Positions 42,843 through 51,187 of a DNA stretch of 54,967 nucleotides are shown here, one piece after another. The stretch covers positions 1 to 54,967 of the forward strand of contig CAZACP010000008.1 in the NCBI GenBank assembly GCA_964483665.1. Direction: 5' to 3'. The notes beneath the pieces were generated by a model that saw nothing but the letters and a program-made list of their open reading frames with translations, did no database searches and had not been told where the DNA came from. The stretch is from an uncultured Candidatus Saccharibacteria bacterium. Lineage in GTDB: Bacteria > Patescibacteriota > Doudnabacteria > UBA920. Numbering within the stretch: position 1 is the first letter of the stretch; the number at the start of each line of letters is the position of its first letter. The position numbers were made by a program, and so were the translations under genes.

Positions 42843-43134
42843 TGTAGCAACCTCCTTAAAGAAATAAGAACATTTAAAGCCAGTATAAACCCATAATTTA
42901 TTTTTTGCAAAGTTTTTTATAAATTTATTTTGTATTGACTGATGTATTAAAAACTGAGATAATATCTCGTTATAATTTTTTGTTATTATTTGCCTGCTGT
43001 GGCCAGTAATAACAGATTATAATCCTAAATTAGGGAAGCTGTGGTTCTTTAACAATTGGTTGTTTTTGGACACAACGGTTAGTGGTAATTAACCTTTGAC
43101 TGTTGTGTCCAAATTCTGTTCGTAGGGAGCTTTT

Positions 43135-43746
43135 GTGAAAACGATTCATTACTTCAACCATTCCATTGTCGATGGTGAACGTGGAATGCTGGCAGCAAAT
43201 GGTACCAGACTAGCCTCTTTTCTGGGAAAGAGGTACGCGGAAGATGACAGGACTAAATTTTGTGAAAAGACTTTCGTTGCGCCACAACACCTTGCTGCTC
43301 AGACTGCTCTGTCTTTTTTGTTGACTTATGTGGAGGTTCAAATGTCAGCCCCGCAGATTATGCCGACAATCTTCGAGCTGGGTACTGAGGCGTTGATGAA
43401 AAAAATCACATCTCATTCTCAGTTTGAAGTCTTGGCTTCAGCTGGTGGAAAATACCAAGCTGTTCTTGACTGCTACGGCAGTAGCAGTAATGTCGTGCTT
43501 TCGTTGAGAGCGCAGGCTGTTGCCGGGGTAAATCTGGTGTTTAATCTCATGGAAGATGACGAGCTTGCTTTAGTCTTTGGCGCTGATCCCATGATCTCAT
43601 TGGCGGTGTCAGGCGTTCATCAAGGGCTTATTTTGCCCGAGAAGTACGAACAACTTGCAGACATGGAGGGGGTTATATTGGAGAGGTCTGGCGACAGACC
43701 TTTATTTACAGTTGTAGACAGGATTAGTATACCAGGCTCTCCTTGA
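43135..43746 (+). CDS. Hypothetical protein
   Basis: 203-aa ORF, GTG start after AGGGAG, terminator 43777-43824. Confidence 0.7.
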   Translation: MKTIHYFNHSIVDGERGMLAANGTRLASFLGKRYAEDDRTKFCEKTFVAPQHLAAQTALSFLLTYVEVQMSAPQIMPTIFELGTEALMKKITSHSQFEVLASAGGKYQAVLDCYGSSSNVVLSLRAQAVAGVNLVFNLMEDDELALVFGADPMISLAVSGVHQGLILPEKYEQLADMEGVILERSGDRPLFTVVDRISIPGSP

Positions 43747-43776
43747 TTAAAAACAACCATCCCACCGCAGTTTCCG

Positions 43777-43824
43777 CGGGCGAAAAGACGTTCATCCTGA
43801 ACGTTTTCACTTTTCGCCCGTTTT
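43777..43824 (+). terminator. Intrinsic terminator
   Basis: cgggcgaaaag...cttttcgcccg-tttt. Confidence 0.75.
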
Positions 43825-43914
43825 ATTTTTGATCAAAATAAAGACTTGGATTATTTTGAAGCCTATTGCTCAGTTTAGTTAAAATAGAATATAATATATG
43901 AGGTTTTTGGTTTA

Positions 43915-43970
43915 CCCTACGAAACTTCTTGACCTCAGAAGCTTTAGCGTAGGAGTTTAGTGAAGTAGGG
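43915..43970. repeat. Nested palindromic repeat abutting tRNA-Ile
   Basis: ccctacgaaact...agtgaagtaggg enclosing ctcagaagctttagcgtaggag. Confidence 0.65.
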
Positions 43971-44045
43971 GCGTGTAGCTCAGCTGGTTAGAGCATCTTG
44001 CTTATACCAAGAGGGTCCTAGGTTCGAATCCTAGCACGCCCACCA
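43969..44045 (+). tRNA. tRNA-Ile(UAU)
   Basis: GGGCGTG/CACGCCC acceptor stem; TCTTG-CT TAT AC-CAAGA anticodon arm; GGTTCGAATCC; encoded CCA. Confidence 0.93.
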
Positions 44046-44054
44046 AAATACAGT

Positions 44055-44630
44055 ATGAGTATTAATAAAAGTAATTTATGGAGTTTTTTAAATAGTCAAT
44101 TTTTTAATACTATTATTGGATTTTTAGCAATAGTAGCCGCCTTGTCGGTTGCATTAAGGCAAAATACTTTAATTTCTCAGCAGACTCAGATTTCAGAGAA
44201 AGCATTTGAATTCCAATATAAACCTAATATTAGCTTAACTTTTGACAAAGTTCTAAAAAATTTATATTTAAACAATCTTGGGGAACATCCAATAACATTA
44301 ACCAGAATTGAATCTGAAGAAGAATTTAAGGATTTATCGCAAAAACAAAATAACGATAAATTAATTTCTTATCTAATTAAGCCTTACTGGTCAACTTTTG
44401 AGTCAAGAGTTTTAGATCCTCGCTCCTCATTAAATTTAAATTTAAATCTTGTTCCGACAAAAGACCTTTCGTCTACATTGTATAAAATTATTTTACATAT
44501 AGAGGATGTAACAGGTGAAAAATATAATGGAATTTCGCAACTCAGATTTTATTATAAAGATGGTGATATACTAGATTTTTCAGTCGAAAAAGTTTTTGTT
44601 TATCGGGTATTAAATAATGTTCAAAAGTAA
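44055..44630 (+). CDS. AT-rich membrane-anchored hypothetical protein
   Basis: 191-aa ORF starting 10 nt after the tRNA; one N-terminal TM helix. Confidence 0.7.
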   Translation: MSINKSNLWSFLNSQFFNTIIGFLAIVAALSVALRQNTLISQQTQISEKAFEFQYKPNISLTFDKVLKNLYLNNLGEHPITLTRIESEEEFKDLSQKQNNDKLISYLIKPYWSTFESRVLDPRSSLNLNLNLVPTKDLSSTLYKIILHIEDVTGEKYNGISQLRFYYKDGDILDFSVEKVFVYRVLNNVQK

Positions 44631-44672
44631 ATTAAAACCGCTTTTAAAGCGGTTTTAATAAATCTCTGATCT

Positions 44673-47138
44673 CTATATCACTGTCGCGCTGGCTACCTTA
44701 TCCCCTTCTTCTAGCCGCATTACCCTAACTCCTTGCGTAGCTCTGCCTAGGGTGGAAATAGAATTCAGTGGCGTACGAATGGTTTGGCCTTGTTTAGAAA
44801 TTATAACCAAGTCGTGCTCTTCGGAGGTGTTTAATATATACATAGCCACAATTTTACCTGTCTTGGGAGTAACTTTTAAGGTTTTTATACCGCTGCCGGC
44901 GCGTTTTTGGACTTTGTAGTAAGTCGCTTCAGTCTTTTTGCCCAAACCATTTTCTGTAACCACCAGGACTTCTAAGTCCTTAACGTTAACTTCTTTTCTT
45001 ATAATATCCATAGAAATTATAACGTCGTCTTTCTTGGTGCGCATACCGGTTACGCCGCTGGCGGTTCTGCCCATGGGGCGAACATCTTTCTCGCTAAAAC
45101 GAATAGCTTGGCCGTTTTCGGTTGAAAGCATAACCTGGTCTTCGCCCGTCGAGCTTTCTACCCACTTTAATTCGTCCCCGTCCTTAAGGTTAATGGCTAT
45201 CATGCCGCTCTTTCTGACTTTGCTAAATTCGTCGCGCGCCACTTTTTTTATAAGGCCTTTTTTGGTAGCCATAATTAAGAATTTTACCGTATCTTTCTTT
45301 TTTAAAGTTAAGACCGCGGTGGCAATTTCGTTTTGCCCGAGCTGTAAAAAGTTAACCAATGCCTGGCCTTTGCTTGTTCTGGAGCCTTCCGGCAGTTCAT
45401 AGACTTTGGTTTGGAAAACCCTGCCTTTGTTAGTAAAGAACAGAATGTCGTCGTGGGTATGGGAAGAAATTAGTTTTTCCACTACGTCCTCTTCTTTTAA
45501 GCTTTGGCCAATAACTCCTTTGCCGCCGCGCGCTTGGCTTTTGTAGGTGTCGGGCGCCAGGCGTTTTACGTAGCCGGACTTGGTAATAGTAATAATTACA
45601 TTTTCTTCCGGAATTAAGTCTTCGGCCGAAAAAGTTCCCACCGCGTGTTTAACCACCTGGGTTCTTCTTTCGTCGCCAAATTTTTCTTTAAGTTCCGCGA
45701 CTTCTTTTTTTATAATGCCTAAAATTTTGGCTTTAGATTTTAAAATGCCTTCCAGTTCCGCAATTAGCGCGCGTTTCTCTTTTAATTCGTCGTCAATTTT
45801 TTTTCTTTCGAGGCCGGCTAAAGTTTGCAGCCTCATGTCCAAAATAGCGTTAGACTGAATCTCCGTCAGTTTAAACTTTTTCATTAAGTTTTCATGCGCT
45901 TCGGGCCGGTCGGTGGACTTTTTGATAGTATTTATAATCGCGTCTATATTGTCCAGGGCTTTTTTCAAGCCTTCCAAAATATGTTCGCGCTCTTTGGCTT
46001 TTTTAAGTTCGAATTCCGTGCGGCGTTTTATGACTATTTGGCGGTGTTCCAAATATTTTTCCAATATTGTTTTTAAATTTAAAACATGCGGCTCAATTCC
46101 GTCTACCAAAGCCAGCGTGTTCATATGGAAAGTTTCCTGCAGCTGGGTATAGGAAAAAAGCTGGTTTAAAATTTTATTGGCCAGCGCGTCTTTTTTTAGG
46201 TCAATAACCACTCTCACGCCGTCTTTGTCGCTTTCGTCCCTTACGTCTCTTATACCTTCTAATTTTTTGTCTCTAACTAGGTCGGCAATTTTTTCTAAGA
46301 GCGTGGCTTTGTTTACGCGATAAGGAATTTCATGAATTAAAATTTGGAATGCGCCGGTCTTGGTTTCTACGATTTCGGTTTTTGCGCGCATAACTATGCT
46401 GCCCTTGCCCGTGGCATAGGCATTTTTTATAGCCGCTACGTCGTAAATAATTCCGCCTGTTGGAAAGTCGGGACCTTTTATAAATTCTAACAAGTCTTCC
46501 ACGGTTGAATCCGGTTCTTCTATTAGCTTTATAATCGCGTCAGCCAGCTCGGTTAAGTTATGCGGCGGGATGTCTGTTGCCATACCCACAGCAATGCCCA
46601 AAGTGCCGTTTAAAAGCAGGTTAGGCAGTTTTCCGGGCAAAACCATTGGTTCTTTTCTGGTTGCGTCGTAGTTGTCGCGCCAGTTGACGGTTTCTTTGTC
46701 TAAATCTACCAAAAGTTCTTCGGCTAAAGCGGACATGCGAGCCTCGGTGTAACGCATAGCCGCAGCTCGGTCGCCGTCCATACTGCCAAAGTTACCTTGG
46801 CCGTCTATAAGCGGGTAGCGCATGGCAAATTCTTGCGCCATATGCACCATAGCGTCGTATACAGCCATGTCGCCGTGAGGGTGGTATTTACCAAGCACGT
46901 CACCTACTACCGCGGCGCTTTTGCGGAATTTTACGCTGTGGCGAAGCCCTAGTTCGTGCATAACGTACAAAATACGCCTGTGCACGGGCTTAAGGCCGTC
47001 ACGCACGTCCGGCAGGGCGCGGCTGACAATTACGCTCATAGCGTAGTCTAAATATGACTCCTGCATTTCCTTTTCCAAATGCCGGGTTTTTATTTCGCCA
47101 ATGTCATGGCTTAGTTCTTCTTTTGAATCTTTAGGCAT
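44673..47138 (-). CDS. gyrA: DNA gyrase subunit A
   Basis: YHPHGD, AAMRYTE (catalytic Tyr), GyrA-box QARGGKG, beta-pinwheel repeats. Confidence 0.97.
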   Translation of the reverse strand: MPKDSKEELSHDIGEIKTRHLEKEMQESYLDYAMSVIVSRALPDVRDGLKPVHRRILYVMHELGLRHSVKFRKSAAVVGDVLGKYHPHGDMAVYDAMVHMAQEFAMRYPLIDGQGNFGSMDGDRAAAMRYTEARMSALAEELLVDLDKETVNWRDNYDATRKEPMVLPGKLPNLLLNGTLGIAVGMATDIPPHNLTELADAIIKLIEEPDSTVEDLLEFIKGPDFPTGGIIYDVAAIKNAYATGKGSIVMRAKTEIVETKTGAFQILIHEIPYRVNKATLLEKIADLVRDKKLEGIRDVRDESDKDGVRVVIDLKKDALANKILNQLFSYTQLQETFHMNTLALVDGIEPHVLNLKTILEKYLEHRQIVIKRRTEFELKKAKEREHILEGLKKALDNIDAIINTIKKSTDRPEAHENLMKKFKLTEIQSNAILDMRLQTLAGLERKKIDDELKEKRALIAELEGILKSKAKILGIIKKEVAELKEKFGDERRTQVVKHAVGTFSAEDLIPEENVIITITKSGYVKRLAPDTYKSQARGGKGVIGQSLKEEDVVEKLISSHTHDDILFFTNKGRVFQTKVYELPEGSRTSKGQALVNFLQLGQNEIATAVLTLKKKDTVKFLIMATKKGLIKKVARDEFSKVRKSGMIAINLKDGDELKWVESSTGEDQVMLSTENGQAIRFSEKDVRPMGRTASGVTGMRTKKDDVIISMDIIRKEVNVKDLEVLVVTENGLGKKTEATYYKVQKRAGSGIKTLKVTPKTGKIVAMYILNTSEEHDLVIISKQGQTIRTPLNSISTLGRATQGVRVMRLEEGDKVASATVI

Positions 47139-47152
47139 AAATGTTTATTACG

Positions 47153-47731
47153 TTATTCCAAAGGTTCTTCAGTTATTGGTGGGGTTTTGTCAGGTCTGGT
47201 TTGAGTGTTTAAATCGATATCGACCTGCCCTAGTCTTAAGTAGCTGTTGTCACCTCGTTTACGTTGTTTGGTATACAAAACAAAATTTTTTAAAAATTCA
47301 CTTAGTTTTTCCGCTCTAACTAGGTAGTCTTGAATATTAACAGGGTGATACTTGTCGGGGTTGGTTATTTGCAATGATTTAATTATTTTTGCAATATCTA
47401 CTTTTTTTTCTGCTGAGAAAATTTTTAAATGATTCGGTATTGACGATGCTGGCAGTTCTTTGATTGGTGATAGCTCAGTAAGTTTGTCAGCTAGTCTTTT
47501 TCTATTTTTTAGTACAGTAGGGAAATAATTAATATTTTGGCTTTCTTCAAAGTAATTTTGTGATCTTTGTAATTCCTCATAAATTGGCAGGACTTGCTGT
47601 TTTACAAAACTAATAATTTGAGCAACATCACTAATTAATTTTTCCACTGTTTTAATAGCCTCTTTTTCTGCCAAAGTAAATTCATGGTCTTCCTTGTAGC
47701 CCCTTGGTCTATTTGGTTCAAAATTTCCCAT
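47153..47731 (-). CDS. Hypothetical protein
   Basis: 192-aa ORF collinear with and upstream of gyrA. Confidence 0.7.
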   Translation of the reverse strand: MGNFEPNRPRGYKEDHEFTLAEKEAIKTVEKLISDVAQIISFVKQQVLPIYEELQRSQNYFEESQNINYFPTVLKNRKRLADKLTELSPIKELPASSIPNHLKIFSAEKKVDIAKIIKSLQITNPDKYHPVNIQDYLVRAEKLSEFLKNFVLYTKQRKRGDNSYLRLGQVDIDLNTQTRPDKTPPITEEPLE

Positions 47732-47943
47732 TATTTGTTCTCCTCAAAAAGCTGTTTGCCGGTATTTTTAATTTCTTTAACCTGCTCTTTAAAGAAAAAC
47801 GAAGCTATGTTTACATTGTTGCCAATTCTGTTTACTAGTATCCAAATAGCTATTAACACCACAACCACGCAACCAATTATAATCCACATTAGGCGAATTT
47901 TGTAACTGTGGGGTTTGTTGCGAATACGTTCGATAAGATTCAT
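47731..47943 (-). CDS. Small single-TM membrane protein
   Basis: 70-aa ORF; stop overlaps the next start. Confidence 0.7.
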   Translation of the reverse strand: MNLIERIRNKPHSYKIRLMWIIIGCVVVVLIAIWILVNRIGNNVNIASFFFKEQVKEIKNTGKQLFEENK

Positions 47944-48010
47944 AACTGAAAGATGCTTGATGAAATTTTAAATTTTGTCAGTTTTGATCAATTATGGTCA
48001 ATCTTGTCAA

Positions 48011-48637
48011 TTACCTAAGGGGTTCTAAAACCACAACTTTTGTCCCCTCTTCCTGAAGTTCCTTCTTCTTAACAGTTAATTTTTCCATTTCTTCTTTTTT
48101 TCCGCCCATTTCTTTTATAAACTTTTCAATGCCGTCTAAGTCAAAAATTATATCTTTCATTTTGTAGTGGGAGGGGATGACTATTTTTGGCTCTAACTCG
48201 TTAACTATTTTTGCGGCAGCAGAAGCGCTTAAGACTGTATTGCCCCCCACCGGCAGAATTAATATGTCTATTTCACCTAAAGCTTCTATTTCGTCTTCTT
48301 TCATATTCCATTCGTGAATATGAGTCAGGTTTAGTATGCGAATGTCTTCGCTTTCTATTATGTATATGGTTATGTATTTGTCTTCCTGTTTTAAAGGAAA
48401 GCCGGAAACCGAAACGCCTTTTAAGTCGTAGTCACCCGGGTCGGTTATGTCAAAATGCTGCCCGGAAATCCCGCTTACCGCGTTGTAAATTTTGTTATTT
48501 TTTTGTGCCAACATTAAAATATCGGCCGCTCCCCTAGGAGGCGTCAGGCCGGTATCTTTATGAAACGGGTCGGTTATTATGGCGGCTTCTTTAGTGGTTA
48601 TTTTAAAGGAAGAAAGGCCAAAATATTGTATTTGCAT
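48011..48637 (-). CDS. Metallo-beta-lactamase-fold protein with degenerate metal ligands
   Basis: MQIQYFGLSSFKI..IITDPF, IDILILPVGG, IVIPSHY; HxHxDH absent. Confidence 0.8.
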   Translation of the reverse strand: MQIQYFGLSSFKITTKEAAIITDPFHKDTGLTPPRGAADILMLAQKNNKIYNAVSGISGQHFDITDPGDYDLKGVSVSGFPLKQEDKYITIYIIESEDIRILNLTHIHEWNMKEDEIEALGEIDILILPVGGNTVLSASAAAKIVNELEPKIVIPSHYKMKDIIFDLDGIEKFIKEMGGKKEEMEKLTVKKKELQEEGTKVVVLEPLR

Positions 48638-48811
48638 AATTAATCGCGGATTACTCGCGGAACAAAGAAACACTGATAAAACGCTGAATGTAGTGCAGGC
48701 CCGTGGCCTGCTTTTTGTAGGCGATTTATCGATTTTTTGTAAATTTAAACCTAACTTATTATATACTTTTTTAGGCAAAAAGAAAAGGGTAAAAAGCTAT
48801 AATTTTAGCCA

Positions 48812-48945
48812 TTGACAAGATGAAGTATTTAGCTTATATTAATTAGCTTAATTGAATATTTAAGGACTTCTGGTGCCGGTCAAATACCGACTCGTCTAGC
48901 CCTTTAACAACAACCCCCTAAGCCTAACCGCCAGGGGGTTTTGTA
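48812..48945 (+). promoter_or_regulatory. Promoter and leader with boxA-like motif and terminator-like hairpin
   Basis: TTGACA(48812)-17-TATATT(48835); GCCCTTTAACA 48899-48909; aaccccc...gggggtt-tt. Confidence 0.55.
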
Positions 48946-48966
48946 ATTCAAATAAAAGGAGACAAA

Positions 48967-49233
48967 ATGAAGCGTCTTGATGAATGGTGGCTAAAACGTA
49001 ATTTTGATGATATACACATCTCATTGCAGGCCTGGCAAGAGAGTCCGTATGCCGAAGAGTTTGAAAGACTTGGTTTTTTTGAGCAGATTCAATTGGCCTG
49101 TAGGATCTACGACATGAAGCGTTCGAGGGTGAATGAGATTCGTTTGATTATAGATGGTGTGAGTCGATTGGCGGCCGTAATAGCGGCTGCCATAGGCGCT
49201 CTTATGGCGCTGTCAAAGTTTTTGGGCCGCTAA
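48967..49233 (+). CDS. Small protein with C-terminal TM helix
   Basis: 88 aa; SD AAAGGAG. Confidence 0.7.
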   Translation: MKRLDEWWLKRNFDDIHISLQAWQESPYAEEFERLGFFEQIQLACRIYDMKRSRVNEIRLIIDGVSRLAAVIAAAIGALMALSKFLGR

Positions 49234-49304
49234 TATTTAAGAGTTTGGGGTGATGTGATAAACATTTACCCCTTGCTTTTTTTTAGAAAATCGGTATAAT
49301 ATTA

Positions 49305-49368
49305 AGGCTTTTGAGTGTACGCGCTAAACTAATAATTAACCATTCAAAAGCCTATGTAATTAGCGCGT
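49305..49368 (+). promoter_or_regulatory. H-type pseudoknot upstream of rpsA
   Basis: S1 49305-17/49341-53 (13 bp) and S2 49319-27/49360-68 (9 bp), just after TATAAT at 49295-300. Confidence 0.6.
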
Positions 49369-49469
49369 TTAACAATTAATCAAATTAATATAGGTTTATA
49401 ATCATTTTTTGACAACGATTAGCCGTTGTTTTTTTGTCCTCAACTATTATAAAATTTTTATAGCGGACA

Positions 49470-49496
49470 GTCCGCCGAAGCCTTGGCGAAGGCGGA
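49470..49496. repeat. GTCCGCCGAAGCCTTGGCGAAGGCGGA repeat in the rpsA leader
   Basis: Near-identical to 1240-1266. Confidence 0.85.
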
Positions 49497-49541
49497 TAGA
49501 ATGAATTTCCGATATATTTGGTTTAAAAAAATAATTTTTTT

Positions 49542-50753
49542 ATGTCAGAAGAAACAACAGTAACAGCTCCCTCCCCGCTTGCCCCGGTGACTTACCCGGA
49601 AGGAGCAAAGTCCGCGCAAACTATGCAGGACTTAATTAGCAGCGGGATTGAAATTAAAGTTTTAAAAGCCGGCGACATGGTGGAAGGTACTCTTATTTCG
49701 GCCGGTAAAAACGAAGTCTACGTGGACTTAGAAGGTTATGGTATTGGCGTGGTTAGAGGCCGCGAACTTTATGATGACCAGGCTTCTATAGCCAGTCTTG
49801 TGCCCGGCGACAAGCTTTTAGTAAGCGTGGTTGAAACTGAAAATAAAGAAGGCGTGGTAGAATTGTCTTTGCGCCAGGCAGGCCAGAGCAAAGTTTGGCA
49901 GACCTTGAAAGAAAAAATGGAAAACAAAGAAATCATGCGGGTAAAAATTCTTGAAGCCAACAAAGGCGGCCTTATGATAGAGCTTAACAATGTTATGGGT
50001 TTCTTGCCGGTTTCTCAGCTTTCTATAGAACATTACCCGCGCGTGGAAGACGGCGACAAGAGCAAAATTCTTGGAATTTTGCGCTCCTATGTCGGACAAA
50101 TGTTTGACGTGCAGGTTATAACCGCGGATCCGGAAGAAGAAAAGTTAATTGTGAGCGAAAAAGCGGTTATGGAAAAAGAAATGGAAGGCCGTTTATCCAA
50201 ATTAAAAATCGGTGACATTGTTGAAGGCACGGTTACCGGCGTAGTAGACTTTGGCGCATTCGTAAAATTTGGCGAACTGGAAGGCTTGGTACACATTAGC
50301 GAACTTGCCTGGCAGCGCATAGAAAACCCGAAAGACATTATAAAAGTGGGCGACAGCGTCCGCTGCAAGGTTATTTCTATAGACAAGGGCCGCGTAAGTT
50401 TGTCTATAAAGCAGTTGGCTCAAGATCCCTGGCTGGAAGCGGTTAAAAAGTACCAAATCGGCCAAGTAGTAAAAGGCAAAGTTTCTAAAATTATGCCGTT
50501 TGGCGTATTTGTAGAATTAGACAAGGACATTCAGGGACTTGCGCATATAATGGAATTGTCCCACGAAGCTGTTAAATCCGCTGACGGAATTTTAAAGCCG
50601 GGCGAAGAAAAAGAATTTAAAATAATTTCCATTGAACCGGGCGAACACCGCTTGGGGCTTTCCTTAAAAGCTATGACCGAAGCTCCTAAGAAATCTGACG
50701 ATGTTAAGTCTGAAGAGAAGGTAGAAGAAAAAAGCGAAGTTAAGGCTGAATAA
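49542..50753 (+). CDS. rpsA: 30S ribosomal protein S1 (four S1 domains)
   Basis: NKGGL, GFLPVSQLS, DFGAFV...GLVHISEL, MPFGVFV...GLAHIMEL. Confidence 0.93.
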   Translation: MSEETTVTAPSPLAPVTYPEGAKSAQTMQDLISSGIEIKVLKAGDMVEGTLISAGKNEVYVDLEGYGIGVVRGRELYDDQASIASLVPGDKLLVSVVETENKEGVVELSLRQAGQSKVWQTLKEKMENKEIMRVKILEANKGGLMIELNNVMGFLPVSQLSIEHYPRVEDGDKSKILGILRSYVGQMFDVQVITADPEEEKLIVSEKAVMEKEMEGRLSKLKIGDIVEGTVTGVVDFGAFVKFGELEGLVHISELAWQRIENPKDIIKVGDSVRCKVISIDKGRVSLSIKQLAQDPWLEAVKKYQIGQVVKGKVSKIMPFGVFVELDKDIQGLAHIMELSHEAVKSADGILKPGEEKEFKIISIEPGEHRLGLSLKAMTEAPKKSDDVKSEEKVEEKSEVKAE

Positions 50754-50762
50754 AAAATAAAT

Positions 50763-50800
50763 AAAAAACACGGATATCAATTTAGATAGCCGTGTTTTTT
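50763..50800. terminator. Bidirectional terminator after rpsA
   Basis: aaaaaacacgg...ccgtgtttttt. Confidence 0.8.
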
Positions 50801-50842
50801 ATTTCTGTGTTTATCAGTTTTTATTCTGTGGAGTTCTGTGTC

Positions 50843-51073
50843 TTACATCATGGGTTTAGCAGAGCCCATTTCCCCACTGCACATTTTGCAAGTTTTTTTG
50901 TGAGTAGCGAGTTCGTAAACCGCCGAAAGGCCGACTAAAATATAAACAACTTTGGCTAAGGTGCCGGTGCCTAAGATTTTCATAACTAAGTTAAAATCAA
51001 AAGCGCCTACCAAGCCCCAGTTAAGAGCGCCAACAATAACCAATATCCAAGCTAACATATGTAATGCTTTCAT
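50843..51073 (-). CDS. DUF378-family small membrane protein
   Basis: LVIVGALNWGLVG...VYILVGLSAVY. Confidence 0.88.
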   Translation of the reverse strand: MKALHMLAWILVIVGALNWGLVGAFDFNLVMKILGTGTLAKVVYILVGLSAVYELATHKKTCKMCSGEMGSAKPMM

Positions 51074-51187
51074 TTTTTTCACCGCCTTTCGTTTTTGTTT
51101 CAAAATTTAATTATTTTATAATATTATTATAGCATAAATAAATGGTTTTTAAAAAAAGAGCCCTATTTTAGGGCTCTTTTTAAATTT

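Noticed and set aside
860-50840. CRISPR array
   Set aside because: Repeats are 7-9-nt tandem units or isolated palindromes; there is no regular repeat-spacer series and no cas gene.
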